This document shows positions 27,201-42,200 of a DNA stretch of 64,000 bases, piece by piece. The stretch is from Antedon mediterranea (Eukaryota; Animalia; Echinodermata): positions 25,494,070 to 25,558,069 of the forward strand of contig NC_092671.1 of NCBI RefSeq assembly GCF_964355755.1. The letters are read 5' to 3'. The translations under genes were made by a program, and so were the position numbers. How positions within the stretch are numbered: position 1 is the stretch's first letter; each line of letters opens with the position of its first letter. The notes under the pieces were generated by a model. The model was not told where the DNA came from and did no database searches. It saw nothing but the letters and a program-made list of their open reading frames with translations.

Positions 27201-30200
27201 TTTTAAGTAGACTGAATTTATGTAGATTCAACTCAGGTTTCCTCCTGAAAGAAGAAACTCAAGAAAATGGTTTTCCCAACTGAATGGGAAAAACCATTTT
27301 TGATCTTCAAGTATAAACCAAACACTCAATTATGAAGGCTTTACATAAATGCAAAAATTGACATACTGTAAGGCCTCTAGTCTCTGTGGCAAGAACGGTT
27401 GCAATTTCAAGATGTTGTAGTTTGCAAGCATACTGTAAAGGTGTCATCCCATTCACGTCTTTGATGACTGGATTGGCATTGTAGTGCAGTAACGTCTGAA
27501 TTGCATTGCGACAATTGTTAACTGTTGCTATTGTAAGAGCTGTTCGGCCAGTCTACAAATAAGCAAAATATAGAACTTAGTACAGGAATTATTATTACTA
27601 GATGGTACGCTCGCTTTGCTCGCGTACCATCTAGGTCGTGCCCACAGATGGTTCTCGAATACACAGTATTTCCAGCGAGAAAAAAATGGAGATTTCAAAT
27701 GTACGTACCGCAGGACTATAATACATTGTCGTTTACAGAAACGAATAAATATACACAATGATTTATGTAGTCAACCAAAATTAGCACCCTGAGAATTACT
27801 TCCGAGAGAGAAACAAAATGAGTCAAATTTTTTTATTTGGACTCATTTAAACAAACCCAATTTGTGTGTTTTGTATGTAACATTAAGGGTTGAGGGATGG
27901 GGGAAGAAGATAGGTACAAAGAGGAAACATTTTAAAATATATTCTTATCCACTCAGTAACGAAATATTGTTTTTAATGTTTATAGGCCTATAAATAATAT
28001 ACCACTAAATACAGTAAAACATTTACGATTTAATACGGTACTTTGTTAAAACTCTCACTGTCATAGTCGATTGAAATAGTAAAGTACATGTAACGATACA
28101 CCACTACGACGTTTATATATTTTTAAATTATTAATTAATACAAACGTTGAGAAGCAACTGTCAGTGTCAGTAATAACGTTTATTTATTTGTATATTATAT
28201 GTTTATAATCTAACAGTAGGGCCTACCCACACTCACAGTAATAAAGTTTATTTGTATATATTTTTATATTACATCTAACAGTACCAACACTCACAGTAAG
28301 AAATTTGCGATTCAAATTGCGATCAAAAGTGGTTAATACCTTAACAGTATTGTACAGCATTGCAATACTATTTATGTTTATTCTCCAAGGGGGCCCATAA
28401 ATCTAAATCTATACCTGTATGGTTAAACCAAATAATTTGGAATGTTCCATTCATCACAAATCAATACATTTGTAAAAACGTATATTAAATGTATCAAAAT
28501 AGTATTTTTTAAAGAAAATCGGCCTGTCTTCAACATTATGATGCTGTACTCGAACTGTTCAACCGGTTTTCAGCTATTAAAAACAATTATCGTAGGAGGA
28601 GATAGGAAAATGCGAAGCCTCCTCGCATTTTTGTGGCGGGTATTTTTCAAGATGGACATCCATTAGACAGTGTATACCACGATCGGAAAACACCCCTATT
28701 TGGGGCAAATCGTTGAACCTAAATTCGTTTTAATCGTCAATAACTAATTATCTAACTTAATTTAATTAGTAAACAGGGTTACATCAGGTGGTTAAAATCA
28801 GTACCGAAAGTACGAACCAACTTTATATACCATCGAGTAAAAATTCTAGAAGTAAGGCGCGATTTACCGAATTTTGCCCTTACGTAAATTTATATATAGA
28901 TGATGGTGACAATGATGATGATGGTGTTTATGGTGATGATGACAACAGAAGTGTTATGATGATGAGAATAATGATAGTATTGTTGATAATGTTGTTGCTT
29001 GTTGTGGTGATAATGATTAGGATGGTGGTGGTATGGTGGTATGATGATGGTGGTATGGTGATTATGATGGTGATATGGTGATTATGATGGTGGTATGGTG
29101 ATTATAAAAGTGATGATAATGGTGGTATGGTCATTATGATTGTGGTATGGTGGTATGGTGATGGAATTGTGATATGATGACAATGATGGTGATATGGTGA
29201 AGGTGAGATGGTGGTGGCATGGTGATATTGATGAGGTTGGTGGTATGGTGATGGTAATGATGTTAGTGGTATGATGATGATCTGATGCCGATGGGTTTTG
29301 TGGTGATGTGATAGTAAAAATGATGGTGGTGATTTAATACTGAATTGAAATTATACTAAAGTGTGAACTTACTTTAACATGTTGAGCATCAATGGGGCAA
29401 TCTCTCATCTTAAGAAGAATGGTCAGATTATCTGATCTATGACACAAACAACAGTAAATTACAATTGATGTGTACAAACCAAATGAAACATGCAGGTATA
29501 AAAATGCACCTTGCAGACAATTTATCAAGGAATAGCAAAGATAAAGAGAAGAAACTGAGAGAGTATTATTATAAGAAAATTATTATTATACAACAAGGAC
29601 ATACAAACCATACTTTTGCCAAATGTAAATTTAACCTTTCTCCAAAATATTGTTTTTATTATACAGTAGTACTTCTTGGCAGTGTAACATTACACAGTAA
29701 GCTATTGGTATTTTGTACCTCCTGGTTGTTATAAAACATTTAGCTGTACCAGGGAGTTGTTATTAGACTCCCTGGCTGTACTATGTAATGCATAGTGAAT
29801 CAGGGAGCATTCTCATAACATACCAATCAGGATATTGGTAAAGAAATGTGTCTGAACATCCTGATTTTTTAAAAATAATGTTACTAATGTCTGACAGCGC
29901 TAAAAGTGATGAATATGATATTGGCCTTCGGTCTCACCCACTCCTTCGTATTCCGTTTGGCAGAACTGAGCGATTTAAGAAATCACCTGTTCCTACTATG
30001 GCTAGACTATTAAATAATATTTTGTAATGTTATTTTGATTATCTGCTTTTTAAAATATATATATTTTTTTTTTTTTACCTGTTTTCATCATGATTGTTTT
30101 TAATATTGTACGACTACGGTTTCAGCCATTGGCTGTTTGTGTCATTTGAATAAAGATATACCGATATATATATAAGACCAAAAAGGATTATTGAAACAAT

Positions 30201-33200
30201 TGAGATGTTTACCTGTTAGCAAGTGCTGCAGCCATGATCAGTGTATTTCCATCTTCATCAATATTAAAGAGATCAGAGCGTTGAATATGCTGTGCGCATA
30301 GATTACCCTATAAATAGGTAACATTTATTATCAATTTCAAATAATATAGTCAAAACAAAAACCGGTAGATTTTGAATTAGTAAAATACATAACGTAAATG
30401 TATATTCATATGTATTTGTTAAGAAAAAAAATAGAAATTGTTTTCTTATAAAAATAGTGATGGTGTTTAGATAGGATTTAGACCTAAATTGTTCAGAAAC
30501 ATAATAAAAAGCAAGGGTTTGTTTTTTCCATCTGGGTGACCTCTGCAATCAAAGTCTTTCAGAAGGCCAAGTAGCTGTGTGTGACAGTGGAAGATGTAAT
30601 AGGTTAAAGTGTACATGAGCTAGAACTGTACATTCGACCTACAGTTTATAGTCCTTATCCGAGAAGACTGGTTTTACCACCATAGAGCGAGTGAGCCTCC
30701 GAACCCTTGCTGATGTTAATATGATTACATATAACGGTTCCACTGTCTTAACCCCTCGCCACTCACTTGCTCAAAATATCAGAACAGTTTACAAAAGAAG
30801 AGGGTAATTAAGCTATACAAAATATTAACTTGCGCATATATTATAAACTTTGTACTACAGTAATAAATAGGTACCAGAATTTACTTACCGTTTTAGCAAT
30901 TTTAGAAATCTCTTCAACTCTGTTTTGCCTCATTGTCTCAATGAGATCTCTACATTCATCATGACCTAAGCTGGATGCTATATCATCACAACGATAACCA
31001 AACCCACACTCTAAGTTCATGTCAGCACCCCTTCTCAAAAGACAACTGTAATAGAAAAACACCTCAGGATCAATAAAGTGTCTCCTTAATAGCGTTGTCC
31101 CATGAATATAGATTGGAGGTACTGTATAGTGTTAAAACATATACTGAATAACAACAAACCTTATGATGTCTATATGATTGTACTTGGCAGCGTAGTGGAG
31201 AGGAGTCCATTTAGTAATTGGGTTGTATGCATTTGGGTTTGCACCAAGGACGCAAATCAAAATCTGGAAGAAAATTATTAACTTTTATCAAATAGAACGA
31301 ATCTCTTCTATTTTATTAGAACTGAAAAGAAATATGAAGGGCCATAGCAACCTAACTGGTGACAAAGTCAGATCTTCATTTTCCACCATCCGATTGCTTT
31401 GATCTGAAATGTAACATAATAGTATAGCCTTTTTGTTTTATAAACATTTACCTCCATAACAACTTCTAGGCCCAACTTGGCTGCCAGACAGAGTGGTGTA
31501 AGCCCCTTACTGTTAACAGACTCCACATTTGCACCAAGTAAATTTACAATACAGATTAATAAACCTATTTGTGGTAAACCTATGAAAAAGAATTACATCA
31601 ATTATATTGAGATTGGTGATTGGCGATTTATGTTTACCCACTCCTGAATTATATTTCATTTTAGCAATACTCGTTTATACATTATTCAATATTCAATTAG
31701 CCTTCAACTCTAAACCAATATACACCAATAATTTTAAAACATAATTTGATTTAATGTGGATGTTTTTTGATGCGAGTAATTTAAAAAACCTATTACTTTT
31801 AAAATTTACTCGTTTGATTTTCGCGTTGCTGTTCTAGTCAACTGAAGCTATTGTTAATTGAAAGGCTTCTTACATAACCATTACACCAAACTCGCATACA
31901 CATACTTGTAGTAAAATTAGCCTAAATCACAAACAGCATTAAGACACACACAAATATATATATATATTTTTTTTTTTACCGGATAAATCTTATGTAGGAG
32001 AATTTTACAGTAGGCGGAGGTATGCACTCTCGGAGTGGCTTTCTAGTTGTTCTTGTGAAAGTGTTCTTGTGAAAGTGTTCTTACAAATAGTGTAATATCT
32101 ATAAAAGCGTTCTTTACAAAATTGTTTTTCTGAAGAGTGTTTGTGTAAAGAGCTTGTAATGTGTGTTCTGTAGGGCTCATTCTTAAAAAGAATGTTCTTA
32201 TATAAAGAGTGTTATCTCAAAAGTGTTAAATTAAAAGTTTTCTTTTATAGTGTTCTTAAAAAGATTGTCTTCCAGCTTGTAAAGAGTGTTCTTGTAAAGA
32301 GTGTCCTTGTAAAGAGTGTTCTTGTAAAGAGTGTTCTTGTAAAGAGTGTCCTTGTAAAGAGTCTTTTTAAAAAGATTGTTCTTCTAAAAACTTTTCTTTA
32401 AGTGTTGTAGTAAGTGTTTCTAATAAAGAATGTTGTTATTAACGAAAAAAAATTCTGTTATAAAGAGCATTCTTGTATTAATGAGTGGTCTTGTAAAGTG
32501 TTCTCATAAAAGAGTGTTCTTTATAAATAAGAGTATTAATATATAAAGAGTGTTCTTATAAGAAGCACTCACCTCCTCTCGTTATGTAATGTATGAGCAA
32601 TTCTCCTCTTGCATCTTTTTCATTATTTACATCAAACTGAAACATCTAAGTTTTGTATGGTGAATGAAGTATAAAATATCTTAAAATCATGTGTGCTTTA
32701 AAACGAATAATAGATTTTTAATTGAAAGCCTATTCAATTCAACTTCGCCTCATTGAACTTTTCATTAATGTACTGCAGTAAAGTTTAATATGAGTTATAG
32801 TATATAATCACAAAATGAATAAAATGATTTATGTGCTTTGCAAACCTGTAATTTAAATAGTAGATCATCTGCATTCTTTGGTGATCGAACCAGTTCAAAT
32901 ATGGTTTTATGGTCTTGCATTGTACATTGCTTTCTTTTAGGAAGCTTCGATGGTGTGGTGTAACTTTTTCCTAAAAATGTTCTTGTGTGGGCGCAGAAAC
33001 ACACTTGATCTGGCGTATTACCTGTGATAGTGATAATGGTAATAGTTGTCAATAAACATCATAGTTAATAATAGTCATCAGTGGTAAATAATAACTTTTA
33101 CTGATACTCTTCTTCTGACGACCTAAATGGCCATCATTGACGAATACACACCAGTATCAGTTGACTTCACTACAGGTGTTTCTCAAGATCTAAGTTGATA

Positions 33201-36200
33201 CCATGCTACTGTATACAGCACCACACCAAAAATTGCACAATCAATATACGTTGTTATTGTTACATGATGTACCAATTTAATAGTACTGATGCCCGCGTAT
33301 ACCTTACGGTCGTTCGTTAATATTCGCTAACGTATCTCTTTGAGTTAAATCTGATGTAAACATTATACACAGCAGCTCTGCCTGTTGTTTTTTTTATCTA
33401 CTTTTTCAAAGTAACTGCATTAATTTTTCAACCGCATGGCACTGTATAGTTCCTCGTGAGTTGACAACATGGTCTCCCATCAAATTCTTACTTAAAATTT
33501 ATACGAAAATTGGCGAGATTTATGTGCCCGTAAAGCAAGTCAAATGAACTAAAGTAATTTAAAAAGCCACAGTTTCCATGGGCCTTCGCCCCCCTGGACC
33601 CCGACCGAGGGCCCTTGGTGCCCCCTGGCCCCCAGCCTGTGTTTATTTGCTCGCTTCGCTCGCAAGGCACCCGCTGCTCTCGATCCGCCCCCAGTATACA
33701 CTTTTATTTTAATTTTCACTTTTTTGATTTATAAAAATTGAGACTTTTATGGCAATTTGTTATTCTGAAAACTAAAGTTCTCTCTGGATAGAATTTACTT
33801 ACTTACTTATTAAGTGTGCCTTTATACATAACAATTAACATGTAATTAGATATAGTTTACTTTTTTAATTGTTTCCAGCAGTAAATTAAAATGTTTATGT
33901 GTAATGCTTTCATTGAAATTTTAAGATCCGGCCAAGGGGCTCATTCCTACTCAGCTTCTGGGTGTTTACATATACTGCTATTATTTAGTATTAAGCAAGG
34001 TCACATTATTATCAGACTTGATTATATACACTTTGAGCACCAATCAGGGTGACAATCTGGCAGTATGTAGGAATAAATATAATATGACTAGAGTTCAAAA
34101 GCGTTGAGACTTTCATATTGTAAGCATAATACACTATCGTTATTAATTGGTACTAATCTTTTCCTAGATTATAGTGCTAGAGTTGTACTCCATGTACGAA
34201 ACCAACCTATGTAGAGGCTTGACAAATCTAATCGATAGTCCATCGCTACATGATTCATACGATGAATGATCATGATTGGTCAAATTAACTTGTATTGCGC
34301 TTACGTCATTGCGTTCTAGGAACCATGGCTTATGGATTGATCGGTTCCAATCAGCTATATTTCACCAGACCACTATTAAAGGTTTATTCTTTTTCACTTT
34401 CAATATTTTTAACAAAAAGTAGATAATTAACAGAAACCATCACATGATGTGAAAGTATACATGTGATGTATGTATAGCACTTTTAAGTAAAAAAAAATAA
34501 TTATTAAAATACAGTACATGATTTTGGAACTTTTCTGTTCTATAAAACTTTTAATGATTTTAAATTAAATAGTGCATCATATAATTAATAAAAGAAAAAT
34601 TTGAGTACTGTATTTTCATTGAGTATTATATTATTTTAGTAAAGAATAACACTAGACAACACGGCCTATAGTTATCCAGTTATGATTTAGGTATTAGAGA
34701 GTATTTTGAAAAATAAAGTTAAAAGAAAAAAAGTACAAATTAATATTTACCATTCAAATAGATTTTCTGCTGAGCACAAAGGTCCCAGGAATAAGTCAAT
34801 TGAAAAGCTCTATGCACTTTGTGTTTTATTTTCACTTTTATATTTTTTTAATAATGTTATATTTATCATGTTATGCATTTTGGCAAGTTTACAAACCTGT
34901 GCCAGTGAATTTATGTGTCAAGAGATTCAATCTTTCTTTATCAGATACAAATATATTATAAATTTTTACACATGTGCAAAAATCCTTTTTTTTAAATTGC
35001 CATATGGAATCTCACTTTCTCTTTACAGACTCGTCACTCAGAGATCCATGTACAGTACTACCTTAATTATTGTTATATAAGAGAAACATCTGAAATATAA
35101 AGCAATAAGCATTTACCATTTTTATCCTTTTTTTTGTTGGAGGCATTTGCAGATTGAAGAAAAGAAACTGCTTTGTGGTTTCCTGCCAGACATGATAAAT
35201 GCAGCAACGTTGAACCATCCAGTTTGTGATTCACATCTTTAAAAAAGAAAGAAATAATAGAACTTTTAATGATAATTTATGTTACAGTATCCACCATATC
35301 CACCACTATCAAGGACAACGGTACCCACCATATCCACCACTATCAAGGACAACGGTATCCACCATATCCACCACTATCAAGGACAACGGTACCCACCATA
35401 TCCACCACTATTAAGGACAACGGTATCCACCATATCCACCACTATCAAGGACAACGGTACCCACCATATCCACCACTATCAAGGACAACGGTACCCACCA
35501 TATCCACCACTATCAAGGACAACGGTACCCACCATATCCACCACTATCAAGGACAACGGTACCCACCATATCCACCACTATCAAGGACAACGGTACCCAC
35601 CATATCCACCACTATCAAGGACAACGGTACCCACCATATCCACCACTATCAAGGACAATGGTACCCACCATATCCACCACTATCAAGGACAACGGTACCC
35701 ACCATATCCACCACTATCAAGGACAACGGTACCCACCATATCCACCACTATCAAGGACAATGGTACCCACCATATCCACCACTATCAAGGACAATGGTAC
35801 CCACCATATCCACCACTATCAAGGACAATGGTACCCACCATATCCACCACTATCAAGGACAGCGGTACCCACCATATCCACCACTATCAAGGACAATGGT
35901 ACCCACCATATCCACCACTATCAAGGACAACGGTACCCACCATATCCACCACTATCAAGGACAATGGTACCCACCATATCCACCACTATCAAGGACAACG
36001 GTACCCACCATATCCACCACTATCAAGGACAATGGTACCCACCATATCCACCACTATCAAGGACAACGGTACCCACCATATCCACCACTATCAAGGACAA
36101 TGGTACCCACCATATCCACAACTATCAAGGACAACGGTACCCACCATATCCACCACTATCAAGGACAACGGTACCCACCATATCCACCACTATCAAGGAC

Positions 36201-39200
36201 AACGGTACCCACCATATCCACCACTATCAAGGACAATGGTACCCACCATATCCACCACTATCAAGGACAATGGTACCCACCATATCCACCACTATCAAGG
36301 ACAATGGTACCCACCATATCCACCACTATCAAGGACAACGGTACCCACCATATCCACCACTATCAAGGACAATGGTACCCACCATATCCACCACTATCAA
36401 GGACAACGGTACCCACCATATCCACCACTATCAAGGACAATGGTACCCACCATATCCACCACTATCAAGGACAATGGTACCCACCATATCCACCACTATC
36501 AAGGACAATGGTACCCACCATATCCACCACTATCAAGGACAACGGTACCCACCATATCCACCACTATCAAGGACAACGGTACCCACCATATCCACCACTA
36601 TCAAGGACAACGGTACCCACCATATCCACCACTATCAAGGACAATGGTACCCACCATATCCACCACTATCAAGGACAATGGTACCCACCATATCCACCAC
36701 TATCAAGGACAGCGGTACCCACCATATCCACCACTATCAAGGACAACGGTACCCACCATATCCACCACTATCAAGGACAATGGTACCCACCATATCCACC
36801 ACTATCAAGGACAATGGTACCCACCATATCCACCACTATCAAGGACAATGGTACCCACCATATCCACCACTATCAAGGACAATGGTACCCACCATATCCA
36901 CCACTATCAAGGACAACGGTACCTGCTAAGGCGGTAGCAGTGTTACAGTACCACCATATCCACCACTATCAAGGACAACGGTACCTGCTAAGGCGGTAGC
37001 AGTGTTACAGTACCACCATATCCACCACTATCAAGGACAACGGTACCTGCTAAGGCGGTAGCAGTGTTACAGTACCACCATATCCACCACTATCAAGGAC
37101 AACGGTACCTGCTAAGGCGGTAGCAGTGTTACAGTACCACCATATCCACCACTATCAAGGACAACGGTACCTGCTAAGGCGGTAGCAGTGTTACAGTACC
37201 ACCATATCCACCACTATCAAGGACAACGGTACCTGCTAAGGCGGTAGCAGTGTTACAGTACCACCATATCCACCACTATCAAGGACAACGGTACCTGCTA
37301 AGGCGGTAGCAGTGTTACAGTACCACCATATCCACCACTATCAAGGACAACGGTACCTGCTAAGGCGGTAGCAGTGTTACAGTACCACCATATCCACCAC
37401 TATCAAGGACAACGGTACCTGCTAAGGCGGTAGCAGTGTTACAGTACCACCATATCCACCACTATCAAGGACAACGGTACCTGCTAAGGTGGTAGCAGTG
37501 GAGTATGGTTATGAGTGCTCACTGGCTAAACCCAGGGGCTCAGAGCTCAAGGGGTCCAGAGATCAAGGGCCTCAGAGCATGATCAGACCAATGCAACTAT
37601 CCAGCGCTGGAGGGCCCCTTTATGGGTGCTAAAACACTGGGTCGTAGTGAACGGTTAAAAACAGACGAGGCAAAGATGCTTTAAATATGATTAATATAAA
37701 TATGAAAAGCTGTGTACATGATGCATACACTTATATCGCTGAGTTGTGCCTATTATATGCCATATACAATATGTACAGTATATACTGTATATCTATATAC
37801 AGTGTAGCATAGGTGAAATTACGGGACACACATCATGTTCTAATTTTTTGGTATGATGGAATTATCAAAATAAACTCAAAGATGACAATTTCGAAAGATA
37901 ATGAATTGAGCAAATAAATATAAGATTTGGAAGAGAATCTGGCACGTAGAAGCGCTGTGCGCGCTCTTTGGAATTTGTATAACTTTGACGAAAAAGATGA
38001 AAAAACTACTTTTTAACTTCATCTGGCCATATGTTAACGTCACAACATCCGATAGGCTTGGTTTTTATATGAATTCATATCTACATTTCATCAGCTTTCA
38101 TAATAAATTATAATCATCAAGGTAACCTTCAATTCTGAAGAGCTGTAAGATATTCAAATTTACGACGAAGGTGAAATTACACAACCTACGTTATTCAAGT
38201 TTTTACGCGTGATGACGTCATCAAAATGAAAACACTGACAACTTATGAGAAAAATAAATAATTAAGCACACACTGAAATTTGCGCGAAAATCGAGCTCAA
38301 AAAGCGGAGATGCGCTCTATTGAATGTGATAACCTACACAAACCGGAAAAAAATCCTAATTTTTAAATTCAAGTGGCCATTTGATGACGTAATACCATTT
38401 TGTACGTCTAATGTGTATATACATTTATATCTACAACTCAATGGCTTCCCGAATAAGTTAAACAACTTAGGGGTCATCGTGCATTCTAAAGAGTTATTTT
38501 CATTTTAAAAAGGCCTTATTTTTTACCATTTTTAGCACTTTTGTACAATTAATGTGTGCATTTTGTCATTTGTAATGTGCTTGTAGAGCACTATTTTAAA
38601 TGGAAATGGACTAAAATTTGGTGAATGTACTAAAGATTGTGAGTAGAATGTGATTTAAACATCAAATTTTATTTTGTACGCTTTTTACGAATCGCGTGAG
38701 TAATTTTTTGAAACACGCAAATGGCCAAATTCAAGCTCTAAATTGATCAAAACCTAATTTTGAGCTTTTTAAAATTTTAACGCGCGATTTCATGCGCATG
38801 ACCTTGAAACTCGCAGGTTTTTATTTGCTAATATTTTTTACCTTGACCTGAAGTTTACATGTAGTGAATTTCATTAATATGTGATAATGAATTATGGAGA
38901 TATGATTGATAATGTGATTATACAAAATGGCGTATACGTGTTGACACGGATGAGTGATCACGCTGAAAAACTTATTAGGACTAAGTTACAGTATTTGAAA
39001 GACATTGTGAAATTTTTGTAATCATTGACATTTAACTTTTTGAGATATTTGTTAAACAAAAAGTGTACAGAAAGAAGAAGAAGAAGAAGAAGAATAATAA
39101 AGATTTGGTGATCATTTTATTCTAAATGATCACCTAAAAATATAGTAACCTTTGCCTACAATTGTGGTCAAGCATCAACATTGGTAATATCCTTGATTAT

Positions 39201-42200
39201 TTTGTAAAGAAACACAATCTAAGTACTGTATTATTTACAAATATTAGTTTAAAGTAAACACATTGATAAACGATTACGGATTTTTGAAAACATCCTTGTT
39301 TTCTGAGTACACATGGTGTGATGTCATCAGCTCATGATTCCCGAGTATTTTACAAAAACTATAATTATTTTAGTTATTAATAAAACTATAAAAATACTAT
39401 AGTAATAATATTAGTGTAGATATACTGTATACTGTAATTGGTTAAATTTTAATATGTTATTAGCATATATTTGGACTGTGGTTTGTAAAACAAGGTATTG
39501 GGCAAACAATTAGCCAAGTTTAGTTTTTAATAGTTTCTCCAAGATGAAGATGAAATAAAAAGGGTAATAATGTAGTGCAAATAATTCTGCTTATATCAGT
39601 AAGTCTGAATTATTATTATTAAGAGAACAACTCCTTGGACAAGAAATTGTCCCAGATAGGGGTTTACTACTCTGAATAGGGGTTAAAAGATTTTACTGTA
39701 TTTCCCTCTGTTTGTTATCAGGAAAGTGTTCTCTTAATGAAGGGTATATATCCCTGAAGAGTGTCCCTGTTCTGAATAGGGACATCCAAAATAGAGCCCA
39801 GGGATTCCTGGTGCATCTGTATTTATGAAGTTTACCATTGCTGGCCTACATTTATTATCACGTTTCAAGGTTGGTGTTTTTCAAATTGGCTTACAAAACA
39901 GGATGAAGAAAACTGTATTGGGAAGTGGCAAACACACCTACAGTATCAAAATATTATAATTAAAGTGCACTATTTTTTTGGGCACCATTTATTAATAGTC
40001 ATAAGACCTTATTTCAAAGAGGAAGTACAATATTCAATCATAAACCATAAAAGCAATTGATTCATTGGTTCATCAACATGATTGCCACAATGAGGAATTT
40101 AGGCGTACATTTCAACATCATTAGATACATTGAATAAACACAGCGCACAAGTCAGAGTGCATTAGTGGAGATGCGGCACACTCAAGGGTATTTACACCGG
40201 TTTGAAATGCACAAGCCGCAGCCGAGTGCATGTTGCACGGCATTGTGAATACCCAAAAGTATCCTAGCCTGTACAAGAAATGACAAGATATACTTACTTA
40301 GTGGTATATGTGTGTTTGTTTTTAAATGGGACCGCAGCACAAACGAATGGTTTTTTTACTTGGAAATTGTGCAGTGTATAACGTGATCGGTGATCTGTAA
40401 TTTACATGCAGAGTGCTGTTCTTTTTTGCTGCGCACTTTTTGCATTCCAGTGCATACATGACAGAAGGATACAAAGATTTCATGAAGACTTTGAATTAAA
40501 TATACGTTAAAACACTATAATAATACAAATAATTTTAACCCAAATGTTCCAAATGGCTATGTCCGTTCGTCATAAAAAAGACCATAGTATACAATTACAA
40601 AAACATACAAATTATTTTTGTAGGCTCTCTCTATCAAAATTAAATTAAGTGTCCATCAACATTTTTGTTAATAATGTTATGTATGGATATGTTACAATTT
40701 TATATTATTTTATCATTCAATTCAATCGTGTGCCTGCAGTATTTGATTGATTGTGGTGTGCATGACATTGTACAGCATGTACAGTAGTTGAAATTTGTTT
40801 TATAATTCATTTTAGAAACTGTTTTGCTGACGTGAAAATCTCAAGAATTTGTCAGGGAAAAGAGCTTGGAATGAGAATATACCGCTTCGATTGTAAAAAG
40901 ATTCAAAAGATTGTGGTCTTTTAGGTGAGCATTAGCCATACAGTAGCTGTTTATCAACTTCTGTACTTTGAACCAGGATTAAGCAGTGCATATGAAGTAT
41001 CATTACATAGTAATACAGTACAGTAGATAAGAATTTTAACTGTACAATTGTTACATAAATGGTCATTCTATCTTACCTTGGTAGGCCCAGTATCACCAGG
41101 TAGGGTTTAATGAAAATGATGTCAAGTAAATGTTTTTATGCTTTAGTGGTAAATAATAAACTTACAAACAAGTTCAAATGGTTAAAATATTATTAAACTT
41201 TTTATTCGTCACAACCCGTCAACAACAACAAAACATCACTTATCACAGAGGACCTCAGTATTTTGACAGTTTTTACATCAAAAATGTATAAAACGTAGGC
41301 CTACAATTTATAATATCAAATATAATGTACAGTAGCAATTTAAACATAATTTATGCTATAATAATGTAACTTTTGCTTGATAGTAATTTCAATATTTTGA
41401 ATATTATTTGTAATTTGTATTATAAATGGTTATTGAATTTTTTATTTAGTGAAAAACATTACCGAAAATCCAAAAAGATTGAATTATTGAAATAATGTAC
41501 TGTACTGGATAATTTGTTATCAAACCTTTGATACATGGAATGTGCAGTAAGCCAGACCAAAATCTCTTAACAAATGTTTTATGTAATGATCCATAAAACA
41601 AGAATGAAATACGAATGGTTAAGTTCAAGATAAAAGAAAAGTGTTAGCATTTGGGAATTAAAGCGACATGAGGGCAAATTTCACAACAAAAGAAATTCTC
41701 TCATGCTTACAAAGGGTAGTTTTAATATTTCACTTATTTTTCTCTTCCTCAATTTAAAATTATGATCACTTTTTACAAGTTATTTCTTTAATGTAGTTGT
41801 AAATGGCCTAGAAGGAAAGTATTTATATTTTGTTTTTATTCTGTACATTGGATCTAATTCAATTTTTTTTTGTTTCCAAATCCACTTTTTTTTGTTCCCG
41901 ATTGCACTTTTTTTTACCTTTGAAAGTAGTCTTTCATTCTACTGTGCAGTAGGCCCTGCTGTATGGACTGAGGTGAACTTATTCTACATGTATACTCTTC
42001 ATAAACAGTCTTGCTAAATTTTACAATTTTAACTTATTTGTACAGAATTTACATGAAAACAATGGTGATAGTAGTCTATGTGTGCTGCTTTACCGGGATA
42101 AACCGACAATAGCCTATGTTCTCCAGAGGGAGGGCTAAGATACAAAAAGTTCTTAGAACCAGCCCTGTGGCGTAATGGACTACTGTAGTCTGCAACTATG

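Noticed and set aside
28788-29081. 97-aa ORF with Asp and hydrophobic runs
   Set aside because: Translation of a (GAT/GGT)n low-complexity tract across the Helitron end.
35269-36999. Three overlapping 423-576-aa His/Pro/Tyr-rich ORFs
   Set aside because: They come from a stop-free 34-bp tandem unit (102-bp period gives the same peptide in all frames), lie antisense in an intron, and show no codon-position bias in variants.
36921-37500. CRISPR-like look (hairpin-containing unit alternating with another sequence)
   Set aside because: The intervening sequences are identical rather than unique spacers; no cas genes; eukaryotic intron.
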